Source: a virus. Taken from it: a stretch of DNA of 64,000 nucleotides. The notes beneath the pieces are model-generated. The model had not been told where the DNA came from and made no database searches. It worked only from the letters and a program-made list of their open reading frames with translations. Position 1 is the stretch's first letter, and each line of letters begins with the position of its first letter. The stretch is taken from IMG/VR virus record IMGVR_UViG_3300017605_000706, positions 33,433-97,432 of that record; one strand, written 5' to 3'. This document shows positions 36,370 to 46,362 of this stretch, one piece after another. A program made the translations under genes and the position numbers.

Positions 36370-36864
36370 ATGATTCCCGGCGCCCCAGAAGCCCTCGATC
36401 TTCGTCCCCTTAGCTACAGGTCCGATCGCGTCACCACGACGATCAACTTGGTCATCGATGGAACCCGTCACGCGTGGATCACCCTCGGTGAGGTCAGTCT
36501 AACCAAGTCGGAGTCGCAGCCGTACTGGATGCTCGAAAGCGCGCTCCTGAACGCGACGGATTCGAGCCACGACGCAGCCCGCATTCTTAGGATGCCGCTC
36601 GTCGGCGTGACGCTTCACATGATCACATGGGGCAGCACGTGGATCCACGGCTGGATCAACGGCGCGCGCCCTCGCGATTTTCGCGTACCGGAGGTGCACT
36701 ACAACCCGATTGTCCTCAGGGATACCGTCACGTGCCGCCGCTGTAAGGACGACCCGCACGTGATGGTCCCCGAAGGATACTACGTTCCGCCTGTGAATGA
36801 AGCGCTGTTTGACCGCGTCAGAGGCCACGAAGTTCAGATCATCATCTCGCCTACGAAGGACTGA
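36370..36864 (+). CDS. hypothetical protein
   Basis: AAGGA RBS and promoter motif upstream; CRRC..H. Confidence 0.65.
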   Translation: MIPGAPEALDLRPLSYRSDRVTTTINLVIDGTRHAWITLGEVSLTKSESQPYWMLESALLNATDSSHDAARILRMPLVGVTLHMITWGSTWIHGWINGARPRDFRVPEVHYNPIVLRDTVTCRRCKDDPHVMVPEGYYVPPVNEALFDRVRGHEVQIIISPTKD

Positions 36865-36870
36865 GTTATC

Positions 36871-37884
36871 ATGACCGACAAGATCATCCGCTACGAGCGC
36901 TACGGCCGCGGTTTCGCAAACATGACGCCGCTCGTCAAAAGCCTCTACGCGACGTTTACGCCATTTGGGCTCAATCCAAACTGTGAGTCGCTCGAGGAGG
37001 CCCTCAAGCAGCTCGTGGAGGCGTCTGTTACCGAAGCGCTGGTCAAGGCAGGCATGCGGCCTGCTACCCCTGCCGTCGCGCCTGTTACGGAGCCTGTGCG
37101 CGTCCCTGCGTCGGAGTTGTGGGTACTGTGCCCGGCGCAAGGGCATGAACGAACCGTCAACGGAGACGTTGTCGTTGATCGCCCGATCGAAGGCTTTCCC
37201 GAAGGCTTGTCCCACAAGCAGGCGGCTGACGACATTACCAAGTGGAGGGTCGTCGTTCCGCTCGAACTGCTGGAGTCCGGCGTGTTCACGCAGGGTGACA
37301 GCGGTGGCGTTCAATTTGTCAAGGGCCGAATCCTTCATGAAGGCACTCTTGACGAGATGGCCAAGGAGCTAGAAGCTCGTCACGGCGGCCCTTTTATCGG
37401 TCCGAAAGATCTTACCGCTGCGTCTGTCTTCAAGGATCACAGGCGCACGAGAGCCGCATCTGTTCTTGCACTCACCGATGCGACGCTTGACGGTAAGTCG
37501 GCTGCGATCGTGGTCGGCAAGTGCGCGCTCGACTGGAACAGTTACGCCGCTGTGATCGCAGGAGGAAGTGTCACGAGTCGGGGCTCCGGCGCTGGCTGTG
37601 TCGTCGTACAACACCCCGCGGTGTACGGCAAAGACGCAACAACAGATCTGGGTCCGTTCAGCGTTGCGGTGAACCGCCTCAACGTGTCTGCGCAGGACAA
37701 GTGCGTCGTCGTTCTGCGCGATCAGGGCGAAGTCACAGCCACGGGAAACGACGTACTTGTCATCGCGTTCATCGGCGACAAGCGGATAGACCCTGTAACA
37801 CTGAACAAGGGCGACCGCGCAAAGATTGTCAACGGCAATCTCGAAGTCACGCGCCACGAAAAGAGCAAGAAGAGCAAGTCATGA
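36871..37884 (+). CDS. hypothetical protein with beta-rich C-terminal region
   Basis: 337-aa ORF in operon context. Confidence 0.65.
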   Translation: MTDKIIRYERYGRGFANMTPLVKSLYATFTPFGLNPNCESLEEALKQLVEASVTEALVKAGMRPATPAVAPVTEPVRVPASELWVLCPAQGHERTVNGDVVVDRPIEGFPEGLSHKQAADDITKWRVVVPLELLESGVFTQGDSGGVQFVKGRILHEGTLDEMAKELEARHGGPFIGPKDLTAASVFKDHRRTRAASVLALTDATLDGKSAAIVVGKCALDWNSYAAVIAGGSVTSRGSGAGCVVVQHPAVYGKDATTDLGPFSVAVNRLNVSAQDKCVVVLRDQGEVTATGNDVLVIAFIGDKRIDPVTLNKGDRAKIVNGNLEVTRHEKSKKSKS

Positions 37885-38372
37885 CCGATACCAAGACAGA
37901 CCCGCGGATCCTGTTTCAGACGCCGCACTTTCGCGTCGTGGCGCCCGACGCCAAACTCGACGGCGGTACTCTCCGGATCAACGGTAAGATGATCATCGAA
38001 CGCGCGACAACCGACGTACTCGGCGCCGTCGTGTGGAGAACGTGCCTGGAACTCACAGATCCCAAACATTCTCGCGGAGATGGAACTGTATACAACGTCT
38101 TGGCGTCGATTGCAGGTGGAGTCAATCGCGACTGGGGGCTCGAGTCGCTAGGGTTCAATACGAGAGGCTAGTATGCCGACGTCGGTAAAGGCGTGCCTTG
38201 CGATCGCGCTTCTGATTGGGACGATTCTAGGTGGCGTCGTCTACGCAACGAGCCACGCGCCGTCTCCCCTGGTAGGTAAGCTGCTCGGTATCGTGACCGT
38301 CATCGCGATGTTCGCTAGCATCGGATTGGGCGCCTCAGCGCTGTCTGACTACCTATACGGGCCGCGAACCAA

Positions 38373-38759
38373 GTGACGGAAGCCGACTACGTTCAGAAGC
38401 TGATCAGAGTCACGGGGCAGTCTGGTTCCATCATGGGGTCTGACTTCGGGTGGGTGCTGCGACCGTGGCGCGGGCTGGCCATCTATGGCGGCACAGAACG
38501 CCTCGAATCCTTTGCGCATGGAAAGCGTTCGAAGACTCTTTTCCTGATCGATAGTGTCGTGTGGACCGAGACTACGTGCGCTGCTAAAGTTATCGCAGCG
38601 CACGCTGCAGGTTGGGCGCGTCAACGCAGTCAACGGTCTAACAAACTAGTTCCATTCGTTCCTGTCGACGGAATCCCGTGGGAGATCCACGCGATCGAGG
38701 ATTTGGCGGCGTACCTGTCTGCGCTCGAGGCGTATAGTGACGTCGCTAACGCGGGATGA
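38373..38759 (+). CDS. PWEIH-motif family member 12
   Basis: MTEADYV; PWRG; VDGIPWEIHAIEDLAAYLSALEAY. Confidence 0.75.
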   Translation: MTEADYVQKLIRVTGQSGSIMGSDFGWVLRPWRGLAIYGGTERLESFAHGKRSKTLFLIDSVVWTETTCAAKVIAAHAAGWARQRSQRSNKLVPFVPVDGIPWEIHAIEDLAAYLSALEAYSDVANAG

Positions 38760-38801
38760 CATCAAGAGAGCTGCAGTAGCCGCTTATCTCAAGGCGCAAG
38801 T

Positions 38802-39170
38802 ATGACGGAGTTCGAGTACGTCAAGACGCGGCTTCACAAGAACGATCGCGGGGAGCGATGGCTGTGCTGGCGGGGTTGGCAATTCGTCGAGGAGTGGCCT
38901 CTGCCTGATCACTTTCGAGATTGCGGCGAGCTAACGACGTACGCTTGGAGCGGAGATGGGCGAGGTTGCGTACGCAAGAATCCCTTCATGGGTAGCGGCG
39001 ACTATACCGACGACCAGTGGCTTGATAAGTGTCTCTTAGCCATCAGGCTACTCGACGACATTGACCCGCCAGACTACCCCCTGGACGGCGTAGCGAGAGA
39101 GATCCACATGATCGAAGATCTGACCGCGTACCTGGCCGCTCTTGAATCTTTCAAGGCGAGCGCCGTCTGA
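38802..39170 (+). CDS. PWEIH-motif family member 13
   Basis: MTEFEYV; CWRG; LDGVAREIHMIEDLTAYLAALESF. Confidence 0.75.
   Translation: MTEFEYVKTRLHKNDRGERWLCWRGWQFVEEWPLPDHFRDCGELTTYAWSGDGRGCVRKNPFMGSGDYTDDQWLDKCLLAIRLLDDIDPPDYPLDGVAREIHMIEDLTAYLAALESFKASAV
39143..39168 (+). promoter_or_regulatory. TGAAT-N17-GTCT promoter-like motif
   Basis: 13 nt before ATG 39182. Confidence 0.6.
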
Positions 39171-39181
39171 AGGGCTCAACC

Positions 39182-39481
39182 ATGGCCGACAAGTACGACT
39201 TCGACGAAGATCCTCGGCTCGAGGACATCGTACAGCGCGCCATGGCTGCTTTCTTCGAGGCTGAGTCGCGCGCCCGCGCGATACTGAACGAGCTGACCGA
39301 CGAGGAGCTTGACGCCCTAGATCAAGTCATGCGCGGCAAGGGGACCCTAGGCAACTTCATCGCAGAACAGGCCCTAGGTGCCAAGCTGGTGCGCGCCGCG
39401 ACGGTGATGATCGAGTTGACTGGTCAAGGCGTGTCGTTTCCTGAGATCCACGCGTGGTTAGCTAAGAAGGGTCAGTCGTGA
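39182..39481 (+). CDS. hypothetical acidic helical protein
   Basis: Promoter motif upstream; GTGA overlap with next gene. Confidence 0.6.
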   Translation: MADKYDFDEDPRLEDIVQRAMAAFFEAESRARAILNELTDEELDALDQVMRGKGTLGNFIAEQALGAKLVRAATVMIELTGQGVSFPEIHAWLAKKGQS

Positions 39482-40023
39482 GTAATCAGATCTGGCTAGG
39501 CGACCGTGTAGATATCGAAGCTGAGCGCGTAACGAACGCGCTTCGCGCCACCGCACAGGAAGACTGGCCCGTCGACTACTGCAAACTATACCGGCACCGC
39601 AGCCGTTGGGCAGTGACTTTTGCGAATGACAATGACTACTGCTTCGACTTGTGGCAGATCGACCCCAAAAGACTTGGCACAAGCATCTCAGATTTTCCGT
39701 GGGTATACTGGGCGCAGCTTCGCGTATGTTACGCGCTTGCGTACAGAAGCGGTCTTAGGGTCTCGTTCGAAGATGGAATAGACGTCGAAACAGCTACGGC
39801 GATCACCGAGGACGATTTGGCGCGCGTCGCGTCATTTCGCTACTTCGCGAAACGGCGTATGCGCAAATATAAAGGCCGGCCTGAATATGCCGACGATTTT
39901 TGGGAAGAGGCATTCGTTGGAGCCCCACCGGAATGGGACGGCGCGCCTCGCGAGATCCACACAATTCAAGACGACGTCGCTTACGAAGCGGCCCTGACAA
40001 CATACAAGGCGACCCGCGTATGA
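39478..40023 (+). CDS. PWEIH-motif family member 14
   Basis: WDGAPREIHTIQDDVAYEAALTTY. Confidence 0.72.
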   Translation: MSNQIWLGDRVDIEAERVTNALRATAQEDWPVDYCKLYRHRSRWAVTFANDNDYCFDLWQIDPKRLGTSISDFPWVYWAQLRVCYALAYRSGLRVSFEDGIDVETATAITEDDLARVASFRYFAKRRMRKYKGRPEYADDFWEEAFVGAPPEWDGAPREIHTIQDDVAYEAALTTYKATRV

Positions 40024-40956
40024 CCAGTAAAGAAGCGAACCTGATCGAGATGGTTGTGGCGACGATCCTCGCCATGTCGAACGAAGCTCGTGATGAACTT
40101 TGGAGCCGCCTTCGCAAGTACTACTGCATGGGGTGCGGCGAGAAAACCGACGGTGGCACGTGTTGGACTTGCTATGATTCGAGGGCAGATTGATGAAAGA
40201 GCATAGAGGCACTGCAACGCGTTCGCCCAAAGACTGGGCGGAGATCATTGCTGGAAACTTGACAGGCGAACAGATCGAATCGTTCGTGGACTGTCTCGAT
40301 AGCAACTTCGACGCGTTCTTCACTGCGCTACAAGCGATCGACGCCAAGCGCAACCGCGGTATCTACAGAAAATGAAAGCGCCCACTCAGCCGTGGGAATG
40401 GGACCTCGTCGCCGCCAAGTACTCGCCGCTCAGAGGCGTCGCCAAGATCCTTCCCAAGAAGTACTGGAACGCGTTCCTGTGCGGCTACATAAACGCCGAC
40501 TTCGGCAGCCTCAAGAGCTTTGAGTTCCCTGAGGCCACCAACGCGGGCATCTTGGCACGCCACATATGCGAGGTTTTGCGTGATGACCATTCAAGAACAG
40601 CTTGACGATCTCGACACGCAGATCAGCAACGAGATCCGGCACATCGAGGTGCTACTGCAGCGGCTGTACTCCGTTCGAATCGAGACGGAGGTCGCCGGCT
40701 ATCTGATCGCTTGGGGCAAGCTGCGTGGGCGTTGGTGCTTGTCGATTCGCGATCCCGCAGACCCCAACAGTGATTTCGAGTCGCTTCTGAGCACGACCAG
40801 GCATCTGCGCACGCAGGCGTTCACCGACGGCTGGATTCAGCAGCTCGTTGACGAGGCGGGGAGCGTACTCACCAAGGAGTGCGAAGGGCGACGTAAGGCG
40901 CTCAGTCTCGCTCGAGATGTCATCATACCTGAACTCGACGCGCGGATCAAGTCGTT

Positions 40957-41367
40957 GTGACGATTCCCAAGTGCCGCCCCTACGTCGGAACAGGGACGGT
41001 AATCAGCAAGGCCAGTACGCGCGAAGTGGTCCGCGAGGCTATCGCTGAAAAGCGCGTATACCGCGGGTGCGCATGGACGCTTCAAACTTCGCTAACAGGC
41101 GACGTCGATCTCTCGGCATTCGCGGCCATGTATGGCCCTACTGGCAAGAACATAAGCGCCTATCTGGCGCACACACGGCCAGTGCCACGCGGCACTGTAA
41201 CCGCGGCAGCTACGCAACTGATCTTGTCTGCGACGATTTTGCTGCCAGATTATCGCGCGCTGGATGACGTTCCCTGGGAGATCCATCTGATCGAAGATGA
41301 GATCGCGTATGCAGCCGCGCTGGCTAGCTTCCTGCGCGAGTCTCGGAGGCTGAGGTGTCGACCGTAA
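40957..41367 (+). CDS. PWEIH-motif family member 15
   Basis: VYRG; LDDVPWEIHLIEDEIAYAAALASF. Confidence 0.75.
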   Translation: MTIPKCRPYVGTGTVISKASTREVVREAIAEKRVYRGCAWTLQTSLTGDVDLSAFAAMYGPTGKNISAYLAHTRPVPRGTVTAAATQLILSATILLPDYRALDDVPWEIHLIEDEIAYAAALASFLRESRRLRCRP

Positions 41368-41717
41368 CAAGTGCCGAGATCGATTACGTAGTGGCGCTGG
41401 TGCGCAGCGCCGACACCCAGCGTGAGTTTACTTGGCGAGGGTACAGATTTCTTGAGCAGCAGACCGACAATCTAAACTACGAGACATTTGCGCGGGGTAA
41501 ATACTACAGCGGAACAGACACGATCGCGTGGGGCGCTAGACGCCTGTCTGATGTTGCGTGGGTTGCCTCGTGTCTGCGCGCTGCCAAATATCACTATCGT
41601 GTGTGGCACGATCCTATCGATGACGTTCCCTGGGAAATTCACCAGATCCAAGACTTTCGCGCGTACGTGAACGCGCTGACTGCGTACCTGACTGAACGAT
41701 CGGCCCTAACCGGCTGA
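41355..41717 (+). CDS. PWEIH-motif family member 16
   Basis: EIDYV; TWRG; IDDVPWEIHQIQDFRAYVNALTAY. Confidence 0.75.
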   Translation: MSTVTSAEIDYVVALVRSADTQREFTWRGYRFLEQQTDNLNYETFARGKYYSGTDTIAWGARRLSDVAWVASCLRAAKYHYRVWHDPIDDVPWEIHQIQDFRAYVNALTAYLTERSALTG

Positions 41718-41759
41718 TCTTGCTAAGAAAACATCAAGTATGAACCGGTCGGGTACCTA

Positions 41760-42248
41760 GTGAGTCCAGAAAATACGCATTTTATGAACTCGTGGGGTAC
41801 ATATGGAATACGCCTATCCAGTATTCTGGACCGGCTGTCGTTCACGGTAACCCAAGACGTAAAGCATCTGTTATCATTAGGATATTTGGTCGACGACGGC
41901 TGGCGCGGCGAGTGGTTTGCTGAGCGCGACACAGTCCTGCGGCGTAGATTCGCGAATTTACCGTCATTTTTTGTGATCTTCGGCGGGACATTGGTAACTG
42001 TAGGTCCAGAGCGCTCCCCGATAGGTACGGTGCTTCAGCGCGGCTACGTGTATGGCACTGGTTGGGCCTGGCGCGTCGACCGTGTCCTTGAGCCTCTTCA
42101 TGAAGATGACACGATCGACTCCTGGCTGAGCCGCGCTGACCTGCCGTCGATGGAAACGCCGATCGGACTTCCATGGGAGATCGCGCGAATCGCTGACCCT
42201 GTCGCACGTCTAAGCGCGATTCAGGCTTATGAGGCAAGCTGTGGTTGA
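41760..42248 (+). CDS. PWEIH-motif family member 17 (PWEIA variant)
   Basis: IFGG; PIGLPWEIARIADPVARLSAIQAY. Confidence 0.72.
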   Translation: MSPENTHFMNSWGTYGIRLSSILDRLSFTVTQDVKHLLSLGYLVDDGWRGEWFAERDTVLRRRFANLPSFFVIFGGTLVTVGPERSPIGTVLQRGYVYGTGWAWRVDRVLEPLHEDDTIDSWLSRADLPSMETPIGLPWEIARIADPVARLSAIQAYEASCG

Positions 42249-42588
42249 CGTTCACGAGCCGCACTGGTGGCGGGGGTTCATTTGGAAGTGGGATTCTGAT
42301 CACCAGGCTATGGCTGCCGGTGCACTGGTAACGCTACGCCCGCTCACCGACGACGAGCGCTACGGAACTACCGAACAGCGCGCCGTCGTCTGCTCTGTGT
42401 GCCTGTTTTCGAAATCGTTCAGAGCAGGCGCGCCCGTAGCCGCCAGTCGATGGCGCGACGCGATCAACGAAGTACTCGCTGAGGGCTCATACAAAAGCAT
42501 CGACGGGATCCCTTGGGAGATTCACGCAATCGAAGACGAAGACGCTTGGCTCGCGGCGATAGAAGCCTACGAGGCGAACCGTGTTTGA
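42241..42588 (+). CDS. PWEIH-motif family member 18
   Basis: WWRG; IDGIPWEIHAIEDEDAWLAAIEAY; GTG 42241 likely start. Confidence 0.75.
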   Translation: MVDVHEPHWWRGFIWKWDSDHQAMAAGALVTLRPLTDDERYGTTEQRAVVCSVCLFSKSFRAGAPVAASRWRDAINEVLAEGSYKSIDGIPWEIHAIEDEDAWLAAIEAYEANRV

Positions 42589-43030
42589 GTGGCTCGTAAA
42601 GGGCTGCCCAAGCCATTTCAAAGCGGACCCTAAGCTCTACGGCCAGGCACAATCTCCCCGTAAGCACCTGATCGACGGGTGTCTCGTCAGACTTCACAAA
42701 GGCGGCCCTGAAGTGCTGCACCGCGACGCCTGGAAGCACTGCGATCTCAACGGTTGGCACCTGATCGCGCTAGGCGGGCGGGTTCGTCTAGAGAAGCCCT
42801 ACTACGTGCTTCACTGGGGGCCTTTCACAGGCGAAAGGCTGGTCTACACGGTGCGCAAAGACGACTATAAGACCGTCGACGAGTGGCTCGCGCATATGAC
42901 GCGTCATCGTCGGCCCGGCTACCTGAACGAAAAGCTACACCCCGAGCAGCTGCCGTGGGAGATCGCGCTGATCTCGGATCTCACTGCACAACGCGCCGCT
43001 GCAGAAGCGTACTGGGCCAGTCATGTTTGA
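42581..43030 (+). CDS. PWEIH-motif family member 19 (MFEW/PWEIA subfamily)
   Basis: MFEW start; EQLPWEIALISDLTAQRAAAEAY. Confidence 0.75.
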   Translation: MFEWLVKGCPSHFKADPKLYGQAQSPRKHLIDGCLVRLHKGGPEVLHRDAWKHCDLNGWHLIALGGRVRLEKPYYVLHWGPFTGERLVYTVRKDDYKTVDEWLAHMTRHRRPGYLNEKLHPEQLPWEIALISDLTAQRAAAEAYWASHV

Positions 43031-43436
43031 GTGGATGCCGCACCTGCCGACGTGGGATGCAGCTGCGCGCGTCTCACCGCTGCTGCTAGCGGGCAACATA
43101 GTCGGGCCACCTGCGATATCCGTTCCTCGAGATCAATGGCGTAAAGCAGGACCGCGTCGGTTCTTTTTAGCCGTAGGAGGCTGCATCTGCACGTGGGATG
43201 AAACGGAAATCCACTTGACCGCGCGATGGAGCATTCGATCCAGTATGCCCGTGGTTCGCGACTGGATAAAAGACGTCACCATAGACGATATCGTCGTCAG
43301 AAGCGTACGCCGCCACATGGAGACGCGCTCATGGTACCCCGATACACCGTCGGGGCTTCCATGGGAGATCGCGCTGATCACAGACCTCGACGCGCAGAAG
43401 ATTGCTGCGCTCGCTTGGAGGCGCGCCTATGTTTGA
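43023..43436 (+). CDS. PWEIH-motif family member 20 (MFEW/PWEIA subfamily)
   Basis: MFEW start; SGLPWEIALITDLDAQKIAALAW. Confidence 0.75.
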   Translation: MFEWMPHLPTWDAAARVSPLLLAGNIVGPPAISVPRDQWRKAGPRRFFLAVGGCICTWDETEIHLTARWSIRSSMPVVRDWIKDVTIDDIVVRSVRRHMETRSWYPDTPSGLPWEIALITDLDAQKIAALAWRRAYV

Positions 43437-43878
43437 GTGGTTCGATCGCGTTAATATTTATCGCCGTGTGGATGCCTTCCTGCCGATGGAGGCGTGTTGG
43501 AGAGGCGACTTAGTGGCAGGAAATGAGGCGCCTCTGCCACGACGTGACTGGCGCAGTATGGCTAGCCGCGGACAATACATAACGATTGGCGTGGGTACAG
43601 CCGTTCTCATCCAGCCCGGAATTCAAGCGATGTCGTTCATGGTGCGAGATAGCGCGTGGGACGCCGTCCCGTTCAAATTCAAACCTGACAGCCGCTCAGC
43701 CCAGACCCTCGACGAAAAGATCGTCTACGCGATTCGTAAGTCCGGCTGGCAAGCGCCAGCGCACGCGCTTACTACGGGCGGTATCCCCTGGGAGCTAGCG
43801 CTGATCGCTGATCTCGAAGCGCAAGCCGCGGCCGTGCGCGCTTGGCGAGAAGAGACGTCCTACCTCTCTGCTATGTAA
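43429..43878 (+). CDS. PWEIH-motif family member 21 (MFEW/PWELA subfamily)
   Basis: MFEW start at 43429; GGIPWELALIADLEAQAAAVRAW. Confidence 0.75.
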   Translation: MFEWFDRVNIYRRVDAFLPMEACWRGDLVAGNEAPLPRRDWRSMASRGQYITIGVGTAVLIQPGIQAMSFMVRDSAWDAVPFKFKPDSRSAQTLDEKIVYAIRKSGWQAPAHALTTGGIPWELALIADLEAQAAAVRAWREETSYLSAM

Positions 43879-44483
43879 GATTTGTCATGTCGTTTACGAT
43901 CCGGCAAGCAGGAGACATCCGAAGAACGCGCGTAGATCTGTCGCCGGGGCTTTACCCCCACGTAGACGGCAGCGTGATCGACGTCACCGAACCGATCGCC
44001 GCGCTCATGGTGGAACGCCTTGTATATCGCAGTGTTACAGCCAAGGGGTCGCTGGTCTCCCTCGATCGAAGCCAGCCGCTATGGCATCTCGCAGGCTACG
44101 AAGTGATCGGCGCTCTCATGATTGTAGACCCGGCGCCGCGCCTATCCTGGCCGCGTAGAATTTTCCGCTGGATCCGCCGTCCAAAGGGCGAACCACTGGG
44201 ACTTCCCTCAGCAAGAGCTATCGGCAAGGACAGATTGTGACTGCGCTAAAGACTACGAGCCAACAACGCGAGGCCTATCTTCGATACAAGAAAAACCTGC
44301 GGGATATCCACTTGCCGGACTCAGAAGGCGGCGCCTGCCGAGTTATTTTGAACCTGACCGATCTGGTTCATGACGCAGACCTTGCGCTGACGTTCGAAGA
44401 CGGTATCAGTAGACTTTCAGATACTGTGCGTGAATTGCAGGACGAGAACGCCGTCTTACGCGAAGCACTTCACAAGTTGAACT

Positions 44484-44819
44484 ATGACCCTGTCAAGACA
44501 GGATAGAGAAGCTGCCGCCAGCTTACTCAGGTGCGCAGCCGACGAGATCAGCCGATTCGGCTTGCACAGGGGCGCGTTGTGGCCAGGCGTGCAAGATCAT
44601 GATTTCCTAAGAGATGGCCCTAAGCCAGGACCGTGCTGCACCGGGGGCGCGCTCTACAAAGCCAAGCTGTCCATCTCGGCGAAGCTTGATCCGGTTCCAC
44701 TCCTTCATGAATTTTTGGGACGCACGGACGTCGGTGCGTGGAGTGACGCAGCTGACACCGACGACGTCGTCCAAGCGTTGCTCGAGACGGCCCAACGAAT
44801 CGAAGAAGGGGATCTGTGA
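44484..44819 (+). CDS. DUF6197-like protein
   Basis: L..AAD.I...G..RG...CCTGGAL..A...W.D......V...L..A pattern. Confidence 0.55.
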   Translation: MTLSRQDREAAASLLRCAADEISRFGLHRGALWPGVQDHDFLRDGPKPGPCCTGGALYKAKLSISAKLDPVPLLHEFLGRTDVGAWSDAADTDDVVQALLETAQRIEEGDL

Positions 44820-45021
44820 GATATCGTCAGAATATAGAAATTACTTGCGATTTCTGCGCGGCGTCAGCCCCTGCCGTTGTGATCATTCTCCGTAACTATG
44901 ACGGCAACGCATACGTTGACGAGATCGTAGCTCCGCCAAACTGGCACGAAAACCACGGACGCGGAGACCGTTGGCAGGGATGGAACTGCGGCTCATGCGT
45001 CATAGAGCCCTTGGAGTCGAA

Positions 45022-45402
45022 ATGATCAATCTGAACAAGCTTCTCAAAGAAGCAGACGAAGATCACAAGCACGCGACGCTGCCCCCGTGGCGCTACGAGT
45101 TCGCCTACAACAACGGCGGGTGCCCCACGGCGGACTTCTATGTACCTGGGCACAACAACCCGGAAGCGGACAACGCCAGCATCGAGATGCTCGAGGACGA
45201 CGCGCGCTTCTGCGTCCGGGCCAGAGAGCGAGAACCGATGCTAGTCCAGGCTATCCGAGATCTCACGACGGAACCCGTCGCCGTGTTCAGCGTTAGCGCG
45301 TACTTGGCCAACCCAGGCCTGATCATGAACCACGTCACTGAATATGGCGCGGCGCGAATCGTCAACGCCGACGGGTCTACTCGAATGACCCTCAGGAGAT
45401 AG
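45022..45402 (+). CDS. phage Ea22-like N-terminus with Phd/YefM-like C-terminal segment
   Basis: ATLPPW...DARFCVRAR.....L; C-terminal FSVSAYLANPG.IM..V. Confidence 0.45.
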   Translation: MINLNKLLKEADEDHKHATLPPWRYEFAYNNGGCPTADFYVPGHNNPEADNASIEMLEDDARFCVRAREREPMLVQAIRDLTTEPVAVFSVSAYLANPGLIMNHVTEYGAARIVNADGSTRMTLRR

Positions 45403-45404
45403 TT

Positions 45405-45914
45405 ATGACTAAGCACGAATGGAAGGTCGGCGATACGGCGGTCTGGCGCGGTGGCGGCAGGGAAATCCTCGTCACGGTGTTGGCAAAAGACGCGTGCGGG
45501 AACGGTTGGATAACGCGAATCGACAAGTCTACGCACGATCACTACCCAGTAGGAACCCTGCGCACGTTCCCGCTAATGTCATTCATCCATCAGACGCCTC
45601 AGCCGCCAACCCCGTCGGTTGAGCAACCAGCGTCAAAGCCAGAGCCATTTCCCTACCAAGTAGGCGACCTCGTTATGCTCAAGCTGTCTGCCGTCGAAGA
45701 GCAGCCTTGCATCGTGGCGCGAATCGACGACGATCACCGATTCGCGTACGTGTCCCTGAATGGATCCAACAGGATCGCTCAGTTTGACCAGCTCCGAAAG
45801 GCGGACGCAGTCATCCCCGCGCCCCATCAGGCCCCGCCATTCAAGTTCAAGTCCGCGTTGCGTAACCCTACGATTTACTGTCAGAGCGACAGCGATAACG
45901 ATAACGATATCTGA
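45405..45914 (+). CDS. protein with two KOW/SH3-like repeats
   Basis: WKVGDTAV and YQVGDLVM; AGGAG RBS. Confidence 0.55.
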   Translation: MTKHEWKVGDTAVWRGGGREILVTVLAKDACGNGWITRIDKSTHDHYPVGTLRTFPLMSFIHQTPQPPTPSVEQPASKPEPFPYQVGDLVMLKLSAVEEQPCIVARIDDDHRFAYVSLNGSNRIAQFDQLRKADAVIPAPHQAPPFKFKSALRNPTIYCQSDSDNDNDI

Positions 45915-45947
45915 TCTGTAACCGTTTTTCAAAGAAAAGAAAGCAGA

Positions 45948-46352
45948 ATGATGACTACTTTTGGCGATCGCCTCCGTCAATTCCGTATCGACAACCACCT
46001 GAGCCAGGCGCAGGTTGCCGAACAGGTCCCCACCAACAAGTCTTGCGTTTGTCGGTGGGAGAAGGGTGGCTCCATTCGTGAAGATGTCCGCCAACGGGTC
46101 GAAGATTACATGGCGGATTATGGAAAGAAGGGCTCAAATGGCGTGACGTCTCGAAAGACGAATGCTAATGCTTCTCCAAGCAATTTGGAAGCGCAGGCAA
46201 CCCGACTTGGAATGGCCGTGATCGCCGTTCGCAAGGCGGAACTCGAGATGGAGCGACTGAAGGCTCCGTACGAAGCCGCTCAGGCAGGCCTTGAGCAGGC
46301 CAAGGCTGATCTCGATGCGGCGGAGTCGGCGCTTCTCTCGAAGATCGGCTAG
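45948..46352 (+). CDS. XRE-family HTH transcriptional regulator with coiled coil
   Basis: FGDRLRQFR....LSQAQVAE......VCRWEKG. Confidence 0.82.
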   Translation: MMTTFGDRLRQFRIDNHLSQAQVAEQVPTNKSCVCRWEKGGSIREDVRQRVEDYMADYGKKGSNGVTSRKTNANASPSNLEAQATRLGMAVIAVRKAELEMERLKAPYEAAQAGLEQAKADLDAAESALLSKIG

Positions 46353-46362
46353 GAGAAATACG

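Noticed and set aside
41760-43878. True eukaryotic F-box proteins implying a eukaryotic host
   Set aside because: The resemblance is limited to LPxEI and lacks the rest of the F-box. Operonic overlaps, lipoboxes and peptidoglycan enzymes point to a bacterial host, so it is kept only as an analogy.
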